NCBI GenBank assembly: GCA_038209745.1
Contig: JBBQXJ010000044.1
Location: forward strand, 1-36,651
Reading direction: 5' to 3'
DNA from: Verrucomicrobiota bacterium
GTDB lineage: Bacteria > Verrucomicrobiota > Verrucomicrobiia > Limisphaerales > CANJSG01
DNA: 36,651 bases
Below the pieces are notes generated by a model, which saw only the letters and a program-made list of their open reading frames with translations, searched no databases and was not told where the DNA came from. Shown here piece by piece: positions 8,727-21,827 of this stretch (its first letter is position 1; the number at the start of each line of letters is the position of its first letter). Both the position numbers and the translations under genes were made by a program.

Positions 8727-9971
8727 ATGCCGACGTATCGATACAAGGCGCTGCGGGCGGACGGCGGTGTGGCTGAGGGCGTTTTGGACGCCGGCGGCCG
8801 TCCGGACGCGCTGAAGCAGGTCGAGCTGCTCGGACTTCGGCCGGTGAACATCGTGGAAGGGGGCCCGGCCAAGAACGGCAAAGCGGCGGCGCCCGGCACC
8901 GTCGGTGCCCTGTCGTTCAAGTTCGAGGCCACCAAGGTCTCCGGCAAGGAGCTGGAGAATTTCACCCGGTTGCTGTCCAGCCTGCTCGCGGCCGGCGTGC
9001 CGTTGAGCCGGGCGCTGGTCATCCTCTACCGGGAAGCTTCGTCGCCCGTCGCGCGGATCAAGTGGAAGGAGATCCACGATCTCGTGGTCGACGGCATGTC
9101 GCTGGCCGACGCGATGGCCAAATCGCCCGACACCTTTCCACGCGTCTACACCGCCATGGTGCAGGCGGGTGAGGCGGGTGGTTTCCTCGACGTGGTGCTC
9201 GGCCAGATCTCCGATTTCCAGACCCGCGAGAAGGACCTGAAGTCGAAGGTCGTCACCGCGATGATCTATCCGTGCATCCTGCTGGTCCTCGCGGTGGTGG
9301 TGCTCACGGTTCTGCTCGTTTTCTTCATCCCGAAATTTCAGACGGTCTTCGACAGCGTGAAGGGTTCTCTGCCCCTCATCACCCAGATGATCATCGGGCT
9401 GAGCCACGCCATCCGGTCCTACGGTCTCTTCATCGGCGCGGCGATCGTCGTCGCCGTCCTGCTTGTCCGGACGTGGTTCTCCTCCGAGAAGGGCCGCCGC
9501 GTCTGGGAAGGCATGATCCTCAAGTCGCCGATCGTCGGAAAGCTCCTGGCCCAGTTCGCCATGGCGCGCTTTTGCCGGATGCTCGGCACCCTGCTCGGAG
9601 CCGGTGTGCCGCTGGTGCAGGGGCTGAACGTCGCCCGCCGTTCCATCGGGAACCAGATCCTCGTCGACGCCGTCACCCAGTCGATCGAGCGCGTGCAGCA
9701 GGGCGGCCGCCTCGGCCAGAGCCTCGCCGAATGCAAGGTGCTCTTCACCGGTTCGGTCATGGAGATGATCTCGGTGGCGGAAGAGAGCGGCCGTCTGGAC
9801 ATCGAGCTCGTCCGCGTGGCCAACGTGACCGAAGGCGATCTCGACCGGCAGTTGAAGACCGCCGTGGCGTTGGCCGAACCGCTCATGCTGTTCCTCATCG
9901 CCGGGTTCATCGGGATCATCTTCATCGGCATGCTGCTGCCGGTGTTCTCGCTCCAGGACTACATCAAATAG
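8727..9971 (+). CDS. gspF: Type II secretion inner-membrane platform protein GspF
   Basis: Starts MPTYRYKAL; LLAAGVPL, AGEAGGFL, AMIYP, VAEESGRL and EPLM motifs; three TM segments. Confidence 0.93.
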   Translation: MPTYRYKALRADGGVAEGVLDAGGRPDALKQVELLGLRPVNIVEGGPAKNGKAAAPGTVGALSFKFEATKVSGKELENFTRLLSSLLAAGVPLSRALVILYREASSPVARIKWKEIHDLVVDGMSLADAMAKSPDTFPRVYTAMVQAGEAGGFLDVVLGQISDFQTREKDLKSKVVTAMIYPCILLVLAVVVLTVLLVFFIPKFQTVFDSVKGSLPLITQMIIGLSHAIRSYGLFIGAAIVVAVLLVRTWFSSEKGRRVWEGMILKSPIVGKLLAQFAMARFCRMLGTLLGAGVPLVQGLNVARRSIGNQILVDAVTQSIERVQQGGRLGQSLAECKVLFTGSVMEMISVAEESGRLDIELVRVANVTEGDLDRQLKTAVALAEPLMLFLIAGFIGIIFIGMLLPVFSLQDYIK

Positions 9972-9983
9972 AAAACAGGATTC

Positions 9984-10433
9984 ATGAAGACCATCGACCT
10001 CCATCCTTCTCTCCGGCGGACCGCGCTGCGCCGGGCCGCGCGCCGCGCCTTCACCCTTGTCGAGATGCTCCTCGTCATCACGATCATCGGCATTCTCGCC
10101 GCGCTCGTGGTGCCGAAGATGATGGGCCGCAGCGAACAGGCCCGCCAAGCCGCCGCCCGCGCCGACATCTCTTCCTCCAAGACCGCTCTCGACGCCTTCG
10201 AGGTGGACAACGGCTACTACCCCAAATCCTTCGCCGACCTGCTCCAGCAGCCGCGCGAAGCCAGGAACTGGCACGGCCCGTATCTTGAAAAGCTCCCGAC
10301 CGATCCGTGGGGCAACACCTATCAATACGCCTATCCCGGCAAACACAACCCGAGCGGCTTCGACCTCTCCTCGCCCGGACCGGATGGCAAGGCGGGCACC
10401 GACGATGACATTGGCAATTGGACAGGCAAGTGA
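9984..10433 (+). CDS. gspG: Major pseudopilin GspG
   Basis: A/FTLVEML N-methylation motif; WHGPYL, DPWGNTYQY and S.GPDG..GTDDDIGNW. Confidence 0.95.
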   Translation: MKTIDLHPSLRRTALRRAARRAFTLVEMLLVITIIGILAALVVPKMMGRSEQARQAAARADISSSKTALDAFEVDNGYYPKSFADLLQQPREARNWHGPYLEKLPTDPWGNTYQYAYPGKHNPSGFDLSSPGPDGKAGTDDDIGNWTGK

Positions 10434-10932
10434 CCGGCGCCGCCGCGCCTTCACCCTGGTCGAGCTGATCCTCGTGCTGGGGTTGATGATGGTGGCCGTG
10501 TCGATGGTCGCTCCGAGGCTCTCCGGATTTGTCCGGGGACAATCGCTCGGGTCGGAGGCCCGACGGTTGGCGGCCGTGATGCACGCCGGACAGGCGCGGG
10601 CCGTTTCGGAAGGCACGCCGATCGTCCTCTGGATCGACGAGAAGACGGGCCGGTACGGGATCGAGATCGAGACGCCGGGAGAAAAGGGCGACGTGAAGGC
10701 GGACCGCTTCACCGCGGACGAGAACGTCCGTCTCGCGGTGGTGCAGGGCCAGAACGGTGCGGGTGCGCCGCCGATGTTCAACAACCTGCCGGCCATCCGG
10801 TTTTGGGCCGACGGTTCGGTCGACGAGAACAGTCCGAAGAAAGTGCAACTGACCACCTCCGGCGGTGGACAACTCTGGCTCATCGAAGCCACCGATCGCA
10901 GACACTATGATATTCGCGACAGCAACGAATGA
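10405..10932 (+). CDS. gspH: Minor pseudopilin, GspH/FimT-like
   Basis: RRRRA/FTLVELILV; IRFWADGS motif; overlaps the end of gspG. Confidence 0.8.
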   Translation: MTLAIGQASDRRRRAFTLVELILVLGLMMVAVSMVAPRLSGFVRGQSLGSEARRLAAVMHAGQARAVSEGTPIVLWIDEKTGRYGIEIETPGEKGDVKADRFTADENVRLAVVQGQNGAGAPPMFNNLPAIRFWADGSVDENSPKKVQLTTSGGGQLWLIEATDRRHYDIRDSNE

Positions 10933-11350
10933 TGACGTCCGGCGCGCCCCTCGGCGCCGGCGCGGACGCTCTACCGGGTTCACCCTGGTGGAGGTCCTGG
11001 CGTCGTTGCTGTTCCTCGCCATCGTCATCCCGGCGGCGGTCGAGGCGATGCGAGTGGCCAGCCTTTCGGGACAGGTGGCCGCCAAGAAAGGCGCCGCCGC
11101 CCGGGTGGCCGACAGCGTGCTCAACGAAAGCATCGTGCTGACGAACTGGGCTGGCGGCACCCGCAGCGGGACCGTCAGCGACGGGGCCATGGACTATCAC
11201 TGGAAGTTGACCAGCAAGGCCTGGCAACAGAACTCCATCACGCTCCTTACGGCCGAAGTGGCCTTCCAGGCCCAGGGCCGCGATTTTTCGGTGAAACTCA
11301 GCACCCTCGCGCTGCCCGAGCAGCCCAGCTCCATCTATCTCAATCCGTGA
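10907..11350 (+). CDS. gspI: Minor pseudopilin, GspI-like
   Basis: G/FTLVEVLASL; size and position in the cluster. Confidence 0.75.
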   Translation: MIFATATNDDVRRAPRRRRGRSTGFTLVEVLASLLFLAIVIPAAVEAMRVASLSGQVAAKKGAAARVADSVLNESIVLTNWAGGTRSGTVSDGAMDYHWKLTSKAWQQNSITLLTAEVAFQAQGRDFSVKLSTLALPEQPSSIYLNP

Positions 11351-12030
11351 AGAGAGCCGTCCACAACCGCGACGCCGCGTTCACCATGATCGAGCTGATC
11401 CTGGCGATCGGGATCTCGGCGATCGTGCTGGTGGCGGTGAACGGCGTCCTCTTCAGCGCGCTGCGTCTGCGCAACACGACGACCGCCGCAGTGGACTCGG
11501 CCGCGCCCATCGACAACGCGACCGCCATTTTGCGGCGCGATCTGCAAAACGTCGTCACGCCAAAGGTCTCCGGTCTGCTCTCCGGCAGCTTCAAGATCGG
11601 CAACGTCATCAGCTCGGGTCTGGCCGGATCCGCCTCCATCGAGATGTGCACCGCCACGGGTTCGTTGAGCGAGACCCAGCCTTGGGGCGACATCCAGCGG
11701 GTGAGCTACTCTCTCCGGAGCGGGACCAGTGGCGGGCAGGATCTCTACCGCAACGTGATCCGCAATCTCCTGACCTACGGAACGCCCGAGGTGGATCCGC
11801 AGCTCCTGCTCGAAGGGGTCCGTTCGATCCAGTTCTCCTGCTACGACGGTTCCCAGTGGACCGAACGCTGGGACACTTCGGACATCTCGTCCCTCAGCAC
11901 CAACCTGCCGGTCGCGATTCGCGTGCGGATCGAACTGGTCGGCCCGCAGTCCGCGGTCTGGCCGGTCGAACTCTTCGTCCCCATCGACTCGCGCTCCCGC
12001 AGCAACGCGGTCGGCGCCATCGGCTACTGA
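11347..12030 (+). CDS. gspJ: Minor pseudopilin, GspJ-like
   Basis: A/FTMIELILAI; LRRDLQN; YDGSQWTERW and LPVAIRVRIEL typical of GspJ; GTGA overlap with gspI. Confidence 0.85.
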   Translation: MKRAVHNRDAAFTMIELILAIGISAIVLVAVNGVLFSALRLRNTTTAAVDSAAPIDNATAILRRDLQNVVTPKVSGLLSGSFKIGNVISSGLAGSASIEMCTATGSLSETQPWGDIQRVSYSLRSGTSGGQDLYRNVIRNLLTYGTPEVDPQLLLEGVRSIQFSCYDGSQWTERWDTSDISSLSTNLPVAIRVRIELVGPQSAVWPVELFVPIDSRSRSNAVGAIGY

Positions 12031-12031
12031 C

Positions 12032-13396
12032 ATGAAACCCGGACTCCAACCGAACCATGACCGGCCCGGGCGCGCGGAACGCGCGTCGGTCCTGATCATC
12101 GTTCTGTGGGTGGCGCTCGGGCTCGTCGGCATCACGCTCTACTTCGCCAGCTCCATGACCCAGGAGCTGCGCGCCTCGGACAATCGCGCGTCGGGCCTCG
12201 TGGCGGACCAGGCCATCGAGGGCGCCGCCCGCTATGTCGACTGGGCGCTGTCGAACTACGCCACCAACGGCGCCATCCCGACCAACCGCCTCTTCGTCTG
12301 CGAGGACATCCCGATCGGCGATGCCCGCGTCTGGATGATCGGCCGGGACGCCGCCCGTCTGGCGACGACCACGGCTTCGACCACCGACGGGCCGGTCTTC
12401 GGACTGGTCGACGAGGCCTCCAAGCTGAACATCAACATGGCCCCGACCAACGCCCTTGCCTGGTTGCCCGGGATGTCGAGCGCCATCGCCGAGGCCATCG
12501 TGGACTGGCGCAGCACCAACGCCGTCATGTCGTTCAACTATGGTTCCGTCGGCTACGAGGCCAAGCACGGGCCCTTTGAAACGGTGGAAGAACTCCGGCT
12601 CGTCTATGGCATGACGACCCGCGTGCTCCTGGGCGACGACGCCAACCACAACGGCATCTTGGACACGAACGAGAAGAGCCTGACCGGCGACCGATCCTCC
12701 AATCCCGGGATGCTCGAATTCACCACCGTCTACAGCCGGGAACCGAATTTCCATGCGAACGGCTCCACCCTGACGAATATCAACACGCGGACGGAGCTGG
12801 AGGGCCTGCTCAAGGCGAAGTTGAGCTCCGGCCGTTCGGACGAGATCCTGCGCAAGCTCGGCTTCACCGCACGGGTTTCGCCCAGCTTCACCAATCTCCT
12901 GTCGTTCTACGTGAAGAGCGGCCTGACCACGGACGATTTCGCCAAGATCTACGGCGACATCGCGGCCACCACGAACGCCTTCGTCTATGGGCGGGTCAAC
13001 ATCAACACCGCTCCGGAGCCCGTCTTGAAGGCGCTATTCATCGCGGCGGACGTGGACGAAAGCACGGCCACGAGCGCCGCGCAGTCCTTGATCAACTATC
13101 GGAAGCTGAATCCCTCGCAGATCTCCACCGTGGCGTGGATGGCCACCGCGCTCGGGACCAGCGACAAGGTCGTGGCGGCGATGGCGCTCCGCGACTGGAT
13201 CACCACGCGCAGCTACCAGTTCACCGCCGACATCGCCGCCGTGGGTCCGAACGGGCGCGGCTATCGGCGCGTGAAGTTCGTCTTCGACGTGGCGGAGGGC
13301 TATCCGAAGATCATCTATCGGCAGGATCTGGGCCGCCTCGGCTGGGCCCTTGGTCCGCGTGTCCGCGAAACGCTCCTCGCGAAGAATTCCCAATGA
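12032..13396 (+). CDS. gspK: Minor pseudopilin GspK
   Basis: RASVLIIVLW leader lacking E5; DEASKLNIN, AIVDWR, FETVEELRLVYGM, RVNINTAP. Confidence 0.9.
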   Translation: MKPGLQPNHDRPGRAERASVLIIVLWVALGLVGITLYFASSMTQELRASDNRASGLVADQAIEGAARYVDWALSNYATNGAIPTNRLFVCEDIPIGDARVWMIGRDAARLATTTASTTDGPVFGLVDEASKLNINMAPTNALAWLPGMSSAIAEAIVDWRSTNAVMSFNYGSVGYEAKHGPFETVEELRLVYGMTTRVLLGDDANHNGILDTNEKSLTGDRSSNPGMLEFTTVYSREPNFHANGSTLTNINTRTELEGLLKAKLSSGRSDEILRKLGFTARVSPSFTNLLSFYVKSGLTTDDFAKIYGDIAATTNAFVYGRVNINTAPEPVLKALFIAADVDESTATSAAQSLINYRKLNPSQISTVAWMATALGTSDKVVAAMALRDWITTRSYQFTADIAAVGPNGRGYRRVKFVFDVAEGYPKIIYRQDLGRLGWALGPRVRETLLAKNSQ

Positions 13397-14844
13397 ACAA
13401 CGTCTTGAAAGTCAAATTCCCCGGGCGCAAGCGGCCCACCAGCGTGCTGGGTCTGGCGGTGGACGGCAGCCGGCTGGAGGGCGTGGTGCTGCGACGCGCC
13501 AACGGATCGCTCGAAGCCCGATGCGCGTTCTCCGTGGCGCTCACGCTCGATCTGTTGACCGCCGCGCCGGAACTCGCCGGCCGCGAGATCCGCAACCAAC
13601 TGGACGCGGCCGGCATCAGGGAGCGCAATTGTGTCGTCACCGTGCCGCTCCGCTGGGCGTTGACCGCCACGGCCGAGCTTCCGGCCCTCTCCGAAGAGGA
13701 TTCGGCCAGCATGCTGGAGATCGAGGCGGAGAAGGGTTTCTCCAGCGACATTGAAACGTTGCGCCGAGCGGAGTCCCGCTGTGCGTTGCCGGGCGGAGGC
13801 TTCCACGTCGTCATGGCAGGCATCGCCAACGGCCAGCTCGCGGCCCTCGAGCGGGTGCTCGCCGCGGCGAAGCTCCGGCCTCTCAGCTTCTCTCTCGGAC
13901 TCGCCGCGCTCCAGCCGCCGGACAACGCCCGGTCCGACGGCGTGCTCGCGCTCAACATCGGGGAAACCCACGTGGGCCTCATGGTCGTCGCCGGACACGG
14001 AGTCGCCGCCCTGCGCGCCCTCGAAGGCGCCGTCGCCACGGAAGGCATTCGCCGCAGCCTCGACCTCGATCTCATCGCCCGTGAGATCCGCATTACCCTC
14101 GGGCAGCTTCCGCCGGGGCTGCGGCAGTCGTTGCGGAAGGTCAGGATCTTTGGTCCGGCCGATCTGGCGCGGGAGCTGGTGGACGAGCTCGGCGCCCGTT
14201 TCCGGGCCTTGGACCTCGAGGCCGAGATCGTCACCGGTTACGCGGCGGACGAGTTCCAGACCCAGCTGCCGGCCACCGCCCCGTTGTCGCCGTCTTTCAG
14301 CGCGGCGGCCCTGGTGCTGACCGGCCGGCGTCCGGCGTTTGAGTTCCTGCCGCCGAAACCCACCGCGTTGCAGCTGTTGGTGAAGCGCTATTCCTCCGGC
14401 AAGCTCCGGACGGCCGGCGGATTGGCGGCGGCATTGGCCGCGGTGGTGGTCGTTCTCTTCCTCGTCCAACAGGTGCAGCTCTCGCTCCTCCGATCCCGTT
14501 GGAGCGCGATTTCCGCCCGGGTGGCCGAACTGGATGGGCTGAACCAGAAGATCAAGAGCTACCGCCCCTGGTTCGACGAGTCGTTCGGGGGACTGAGCGT
14601 TCTGCGCGAACTGACCCTCGCCTTTCCCGAAGACGGCGCGGTGACCGCAAAATCGATCGAGATCCGCGATGGCACTCTGGTCAGCTGCACCGGAACCGCG
14701 CGGGACAACGCGTCGCTGCTCAAGACGCTCAACCAGCTCCGGTCTTCCCAGACCGTGTCCGATCTGAAGGTCGGGCAGATCCGGGGCAAGTCACCCATGC
14801 AGTTCACGTTTGAATTCCACTGGGGTCAGGGAGGTGCCCGATGA
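13393..14844 (+). CDS. GspL-like (PilM/PilN-like) assembly protein
   Basis: Actin-like N-terminus (VLGLAVDG), one TM segment, then a coiled coil and a PilN-like periplasmic domain; ATGA coupling to gspK. Confidence 0.7.
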   Translation: MNNVLKVKFPGRKRPTSVLGLAVDGSRLEGVVLRRANGSLEARCAFSVALTLDLLTAAPELAGREIRNQLDAAGIRERNCVVTVPLRWALTATAELPALSEEDSASMLEIEAEKGFSSDIETLRRAESRCALPGGGFHVVMAGIANGQLAALERVLAAAKLRPLSFSLGLAALQPPDNARSDGVLALNIGETHVGLMVVAGHGVAALRALEGAVATEGIRRSLDLDLIAREIRITLGQLPPGLRQSLRKVRIFGPADLARELVDELGARFRALDLEAEIVTGYAADEFQTQLPATAPLSPSFSAAALVLTGRRPAFEFLPPKPTALQLLVKRYSSGKLRTAGGLAAALAAVVVVLFLVQQVQLSLLRSRWSAISARVAELDGLNQKIKSYRPWFDESFGGLSVLRELTLAFPEDGAVTAKSIEIRDGTLVSCTGTARDNASLLKTLNQLRSSQTVSDLKVGQIRGKSPMQFTFEFHWGQGGAR

Positions 14845-15377
14845 ATCCACAGAAACGCCAACAATTCCTGATCGTCCTCACTGTCGTCGCCGTGGGCATC
14901 TACGCGGCCGACATGATCGTGGTGGAGCCTCTGCTCAAGTGGTGGTCGGCTCGTTCCTCCGCCATCGCCCAGCTCCGCGCGGAGGTGAAGCAAGGCACCA
15001 CCTTGATCGAGCGGGAGGCCGTGATCCGCAGCCGCTGGGACGGCATGAGCACGAACACGCTTCCGGCCAACAGCGCGCAGGCCGAGCAGCAGGTGCTGAG
15101 GGCGGTCGATTCATGGGCCAAGGCAACCGGAACGGAGATCTCCGACATCCTCCCCCAGTGGAAGGACGACTCGGACAACTACTCCACCCTGAACTGTCGC
15201 GTCGAGGCCGGCGGCACTCTCGGAACGCTCGGCCGGTTCCTCTACGAGATCGAACGGTCGCCCATGTCGTTGAAGCTCGATTCCGTCCAGCTGCGGTCCC
15301 GGGACGACACCGGCGGCATGCTCACCCTCAACCTCCAGATCAGCGGGCTCGTGCTCGCCAAGACCCCGAAGCCATGA
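14841..15377 (+). CDS. GspM/PilO-like protein
   Basis: N-terminal TM segment, coiled coil, ferredoxin-like pattern (GTLGTLGRFLYEIE); position in the cluster. Confidence 0.7.
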   Translation: MNPQKRQQFLIVLTVVAVGIYAADMIVVEPLLKWWSARSSAIAQLRAEVKQGTTLIEREAVIRSRWDGMSTNTLPANSAQAEQQVLRAVDSWAKATGTEISDILPQWKDDSDNYSTLNCRVEAGGTLGTLGRFLYEIERSPMSLKLDSVQLRSRDDTGGMLTLNLQISGLVLAKTPKP

Positions 15378-15988
15378 GCCTGAAACGTTTCCTCGCGCTG
15401 CTCCTGCTCGTTCCTTGGGGCGGCCTGTCCGTCCGGGCCCAGGTCAACCCGACGCCCGAACCCGCCGACTACCCGGCCTTTCCGAAGTTCATCTCGGAGC
15501 GCAACATCTTCGATCCCGCGCGCCGACAGCAGACGAGCCGCTCCGCGGATCCGAAACCCGCTCCGAAACCCCGGCCCACCGCGCCGCCGACCTTCTCGCT
15601 CGTGGGAACGATGGACTACGGGAAGGGGGCGTTCGCCTTCTTCGACGGAACCGGTCCCGACTACCGCAAGACCCTCCAGCACGATGGCGAAATCGCCGGC
15701 TACCGGGTGGTGGAGATTCTGCCCGCCGGAGTCACGCTGGTCTCCCAGGACACCAACCAAGTGGCGATGAAGGTGGGCATGCAGATGCAGCAGGACGCCG
15801 ACGACAAATGGGTGCTCTCCGCCCAGAGCGTCCCGATCTTGAGCGCCGCTGCCAGCGAGAAGACCGTGGCCAACCCCTCACAAAAACCCGACGACAACGG
15901 TTCCGGCGGCGCTTCCGCCGGTTCGTCCAACGACCCCAACGACGTGCTCAAGAGACTTATGGAACTACGTGAAAAGGAGATGAAATGA
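15374..15988 (+). CDS. GspC/PilP-like protein
   Basis: N-terminal hydrophobic segment; RNIFDP, FSLVGT and GEIAGYRVVEI resemble a GspC HR domain. Confidence 0.6.
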   Translation: MSLKRFLALLLLVPWGGLSVRAQVNPTPEPADYPAFPKFISERNIFDPARRQQTSRSADPKPAPKPRPTAPPTFSLVGTMDYGKGAFAFFDGTGPDYRKTLQHDGEIAGYRVVEILPAGVTLVSQDTNQVAMKVGMQMQQDADDKWVLSAQSVPILSAAASEKTVANPSQKPDDNGSGGASAGSSNDPNDVLKRLMELREKEMK

Positions 15989-17409
15989 AACCGACCCTCT
16001 CCCGCATTTTGACGGTGATCTGCGCCGCCGGCCTTGCGGCCGCGCCGGTGCGGGGCTGGGCCCTGGCGCCCGCTCCGGAGCCCGAGCCCAAGCCCGTCGA
16101 GGCACCGGTGGTCGACCCCGCCGCGGCCCCCGAGCCCGAACCGGAACCCCGGCCCGAGCCGGAGCCCGCCGCCCCACCGGAAACAAGCCCGGCGGTCAGA
16201 CCCGCCGCGGTTCGCAAGCCCTCGGAGCCGGCTCCGCCCCCGAGCGCGGCCACGGCCGTGGCCGCCGATCCTGCCGACATGGAGGCGACGGCGACGGCGG
16301 GGCCCGACGGCATCCTGCTCAATTTCCGCAACGCCCCGTTGGACATGGTGCTGAGCCACATGAGCGAGGCCGCCGGCTTCGTCATCGTGCTCGACACCCC
16401 CGTCCGCGGGAGCGTCAACGTGATCAGCAGCCATCCCGTCTCCAAGGACGAGGCCGTCGACCTCTTGAACGCCGTGCTGAACAAGAACGGCTATGCGGCC
16501 ATCCGCAATGGACGGACGTTGACCATCGTGGACAAGGCGACGGCCAAGACGCGGAACATCCCGGTCAAGATCGGGAGCAATCCCGCGCTGATTCCCGTCA
16601 ACGACGAGATCGTCACCCAGATCATCCCCATCCGGTTCGTCGAGGCCCAGCAGCTCGTGACCGACCTTTCGGCCTTCGTCTCGCCGCAGGCGACGATCGT
16701 GGCCAACGAAGCCGGCAACTCCGTCGTCGTCACCGACACCCAGGCCAACATCCGGCACTTGGCGGAGATCATCAAAGCCATCGACAGCAGTGCGGAAGGT
16801 GAGACCGAGATTCGCGTCATCTACCTCAAATTCGCGAACCCGAGCGATGTCGTGACCTTGCTCGGCACCGTCTTCCCGAATCAGACCTCGGGGAACAGCC
16901 AGACCCAGTCCCCGTTCCGCTTCGGCGGGCCGGGCGGTTTCGGCGGCTTTGGCCGCGGCGGTGGCGGCAACGGCGGGCGCGGTGGACGCGGCGGCGGTGG
17001 CAACGGAGGCGGGGCGGCCGGCGGTACGACGGACCGCGCGCAGAAGCAGACCCAGGTGGTCGCGGCGGCGGACCTGCGAACCTCGTCAGTGGTGATCACC
17101 GCGGCCAAAGACATGATGCCGCAGATCGAGAGCATGGTCCGGGAACTGGACGTGAGATCCAGCCGCGACCAGTCGGTGCATGTGTTCAAGATGGAGAACG
17201 GCGATCCGCAGCAGGCCCTCCAGATCCTCCAGAACATGTTCCAGAGCACGACCAGCACGCGGGGCAACGCCAATTCGACGACCCAGACCAGCCCGCTCAT
17301 GCAGCGCGAGGTCAACAACGCGAACAGCAGCAGTTCGTCCGTATCCGGGAGCACCAGCGGCAACGCGTTCGGCGGTGCCGGATCCAGAACCGGCGCCGGT
17401 GGCCGGTAG
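15985..17409 (+). CDS. gspD: Secretin N-terminal half (N0, N1, N2 and first half of N3)
   Basis: Signal peptide and Pro/Glu linker; LNFRNAPL (N0), TQIIPIRF (N1), RVIYLKFANP (N2), HVFKMENGDP (start of N3), then an S/T/G tail. No secretin barrel. Confidence 0.85.
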   Translation: MKPTLSRILTVICAAGLAAAPVRGWALAPAPEPEPKPVEAPVVDPAAAPEPEPEPRPEPEPAAPPETSPAVRPAAVRKPSEPAPPPSAATAVAADPADMEATATAGPDGILLNFRNAPLDMVLSHMSEAAGFVIVLDTPVRGSVNVISSHPVSKDEAVDLLNAVLNKNGYAAIRNGRTLTIVDKATAKTRNIPVKIGSNPALIPVNDEIVTQIIPIRFVEAQQLVTDLSAFVSPQATIVANEAGNSVVVTDTQANIRHLAEIIKAIDSSAEGETEIRVIYLKFANPSDVVTLLGTVFPNQTSGNSQTQSPFRFGGPGGFGGFGRGGGGNGGRGGRGGGGNGGGAAGGTTDRAQKQTQVVAAADLRTSSVVITAAKDMMPQIESMVRELDVRSSRDQSVHVFKMENGDPQQALQILQNMFQSTTSTRGNANSTTQTSPLMQREVNNANSSSSSVSGSTSGNAFGGAGSRTGAGGR

Positions 17410-17442
17410 TTTTCAACCCTCCGTTTGATCCGAAAGACATCT

Positions 17443-18660
<1,218 letters not shown>

Positions 18661-18706
18661 CCCTGGATTGTCGGAGGGCGTCCGCCTCCTCGACCCACTT
18701 ATTTCG

Positions 18707-20254
18707 ATGCGCTTCTCACGAAACGGCGGTTGGGTCTACGGGCTCTTGGCTGCGGTCTGGCTCGTGGTCATGGTCTGGCAGCGACAGGAGCACTCCCGCG
18801 TCCGGGAGGAAGCGCGCGCCGTCCTCGTCAACCGGGCCAAGGACATCTCCACGACGCTGGGGATCGTCCTGAGATCCCAGCGGCGCTTCGGAGGAGTCGT
18901 CTCCAAGGAACGCCTGGAAGCTTCGATGACGGAACTCGTCCGCCACGAGAAGGACGAGATCCTCGGCATCGCCCTGCTGAACGCCTCCGGCGAGCTGGTC
19001 GCCTCCACCGGAGAGCTGACCGACATCGCCGGGATGCGGTCCATGGGCACGACCGAAAGCTGGGCCGGGAAGACCGTGACGCTCATCAATCCCGTCGATC
19101 TCGGCACGAACGTCACCTACGACATCGAAGGCACCAATCCCCCGATCGTCCTTTCCCGGCAGGACTTCACCAGCTCGCTCGGGACCAACCGCATGGGGCC
19201 GCCTCCCGGGTTTCGTCCTGGCGGACCGCGCCCCGACCGAGGGGATGGCTCCCCGCGCGAGGGCGACCGGGGCGACCATGGACGGGGGCCGATGCCGCCG
19301 CCGGATGGATCCGACCCGAACATCAATACGAATTGGAGCCGCCAGCGTTTCGGACGGCCGCGATGGATGTCCGAGGAGGAGTTCGTGAAGATCCGCGAGA
19401 AGCAGGGCGTGCACAGCTTTGTCGTGGTGCTTTCGAATCGCGGCGTTCTGGCCGTGGCGCAGAACGATTTCTGGCTGCGTTCGATCATCTGTCTCCTCGC
19501 GACCGTCTCCGTGGCCGGCACCGGTCTCGCCTGGCGCAATCTGGGTCGGTCCTCGGAACTCCAGCTGCGCCTGGTTCGGGCCAGCGAAGTCAATTCCCGC
19601 CTGAAGGAGATGAACCTCGCGGCGGCCGGGTTGGCGCATGAAACCCGGAACCCGCTCAACATCATCCGGGGCATGGCCCAGATGATGTCGAAGGATTCCG
19701 CCGTGTCGAAGGAGCTCCGCGACTGCTCGAAGTCGATCGTGGAGGAGGCCGACAAGGTGACCGCGCAGTTGAACGAGTTCATCAACTACTCGCGGCCGCG
19801 CGACCTCCGCCCGGCGCGCATCGATCTGAAAGCCGCCGCCGGCGAGGTGGTGCGGATGCTCGGCTACGATATGGAGGAGAAGCACGTCGCCTTCGAGGTT
19901 CTCGGTGAACCTCTCGTGGCTGAAGCGGACGAACAGATGTTTCGGCAGCTTCTCTTCAACCTCGTTCTCAACGCGATCCAAGCCGTGGGCGAAAGCGGCA
20001 CCATCCAGATCTTCTGCAAGAAATCCGGTCCGGCCGAAGCCGTTCTGGAAGTCAGGGACGATGGCCCCGGCGTTCTGCCCGAGCACCGGTCCGAGATCTT
20101 CAAACCGTATTTCACCACCCATCAGAAGGGCACGGGACTCGGCCTCGCCGTGGTCTGGCAGATCGTGCAGGCCCATGGTTGGGAGATCGACTGCGAGGCG
20201 AACGAGCCCCGGGGCGCGGTCTTCCGCATCAGCCACTTGAAAGTGGTCGGCTGA
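18707..20254 (+). CDS. Membrane sensor histidine kinase (NtrB/ZraS-like)
   Basis: Two TM segments; H-box LAHETRNPL, N-box NLVLNAIQA, DDGPG, FKPYFTT, GTGLGL. Confidence 0.93.
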   Translation: MRFSRNGGWVYGLLAAVWLVVMVWQRQEHSRVREEARAVLVNRAKDISTTLGIVLRSQRRFGGVVSKERLEASMTELVRHEKDEILGIALLNASGELVASTGELTDIAGMRSMGTTESWAGKTVTLINPVDLGTNVTYDIEGTNPPIVLSRQDFTSSLGTNRMGPPPGFRPGGPRPDRGDGSPREGDRGDHGRGPMPPPDGSDPNINTNWSRQRFGRPRWMSEEEFVKIREKQGVHSFVVVLSNRGVLAVAQNDFWLRSIICLLATVSVAGTGLAWRNLGRSSELQLRLVRASEVNSRLKEMNLAAAGLAHETRNPLNIIRGMAQMMSKDSAVSKELRDCSKSIVEEADKVTAQLNEFINYSRPRDLRPARIDLKAAAGEVVRMLGYDMEEKHVAFEVLGEPLVAEADEQMFRQLLFNLVLNAIQAVGESGTIQIFCKKSGPAEAVLEVRDDGPGVLPEHRSEIFKPYFTTHQKGTGLGLAVVWQIVQAHGWEIDCEANEPRGAVFRISHLKVVG

Positions 20255-20271
20255 TCGATAGCCTGCGCGGC

Positions 20272-21621
<1,350 letters not shown>

Positions 21622-21827
21622 AGCCGAGGCCGCCGATGCTTCGATGTTTCCCCAAGCACGTCCCTCTTCAACCGCTTCGCTCCTTCCTTCATAGAGGCCA
21701 TCGCCTGCGCCCATGATCTCCATGCTGCCGCTCTAACAGCGGCCCTCCGCGTGACGCAGACAGCATGAACGCACGGCAATATATTGGGTCGGTAAAAGCG
21801 TGGGGGACTTGGGAGCGATGCAGGCAC

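Noticed and set aside
3357..10892. Long minus-strand ORFs (681, 673 and 828 aa) and similar shadow ORFs elsewhere
   Set aside because: They are antisense to well-supported genes (speA, gspE, gspF/G), as expected from stop-codon scarcity at high GC3.
9984..12030. Ala instead of Gly at the -1 position of three pseudopilin cleavage sites
   Set aside because: A/F-T-L-x-E is an accepted variant of the N-methylation motif and is not novel.
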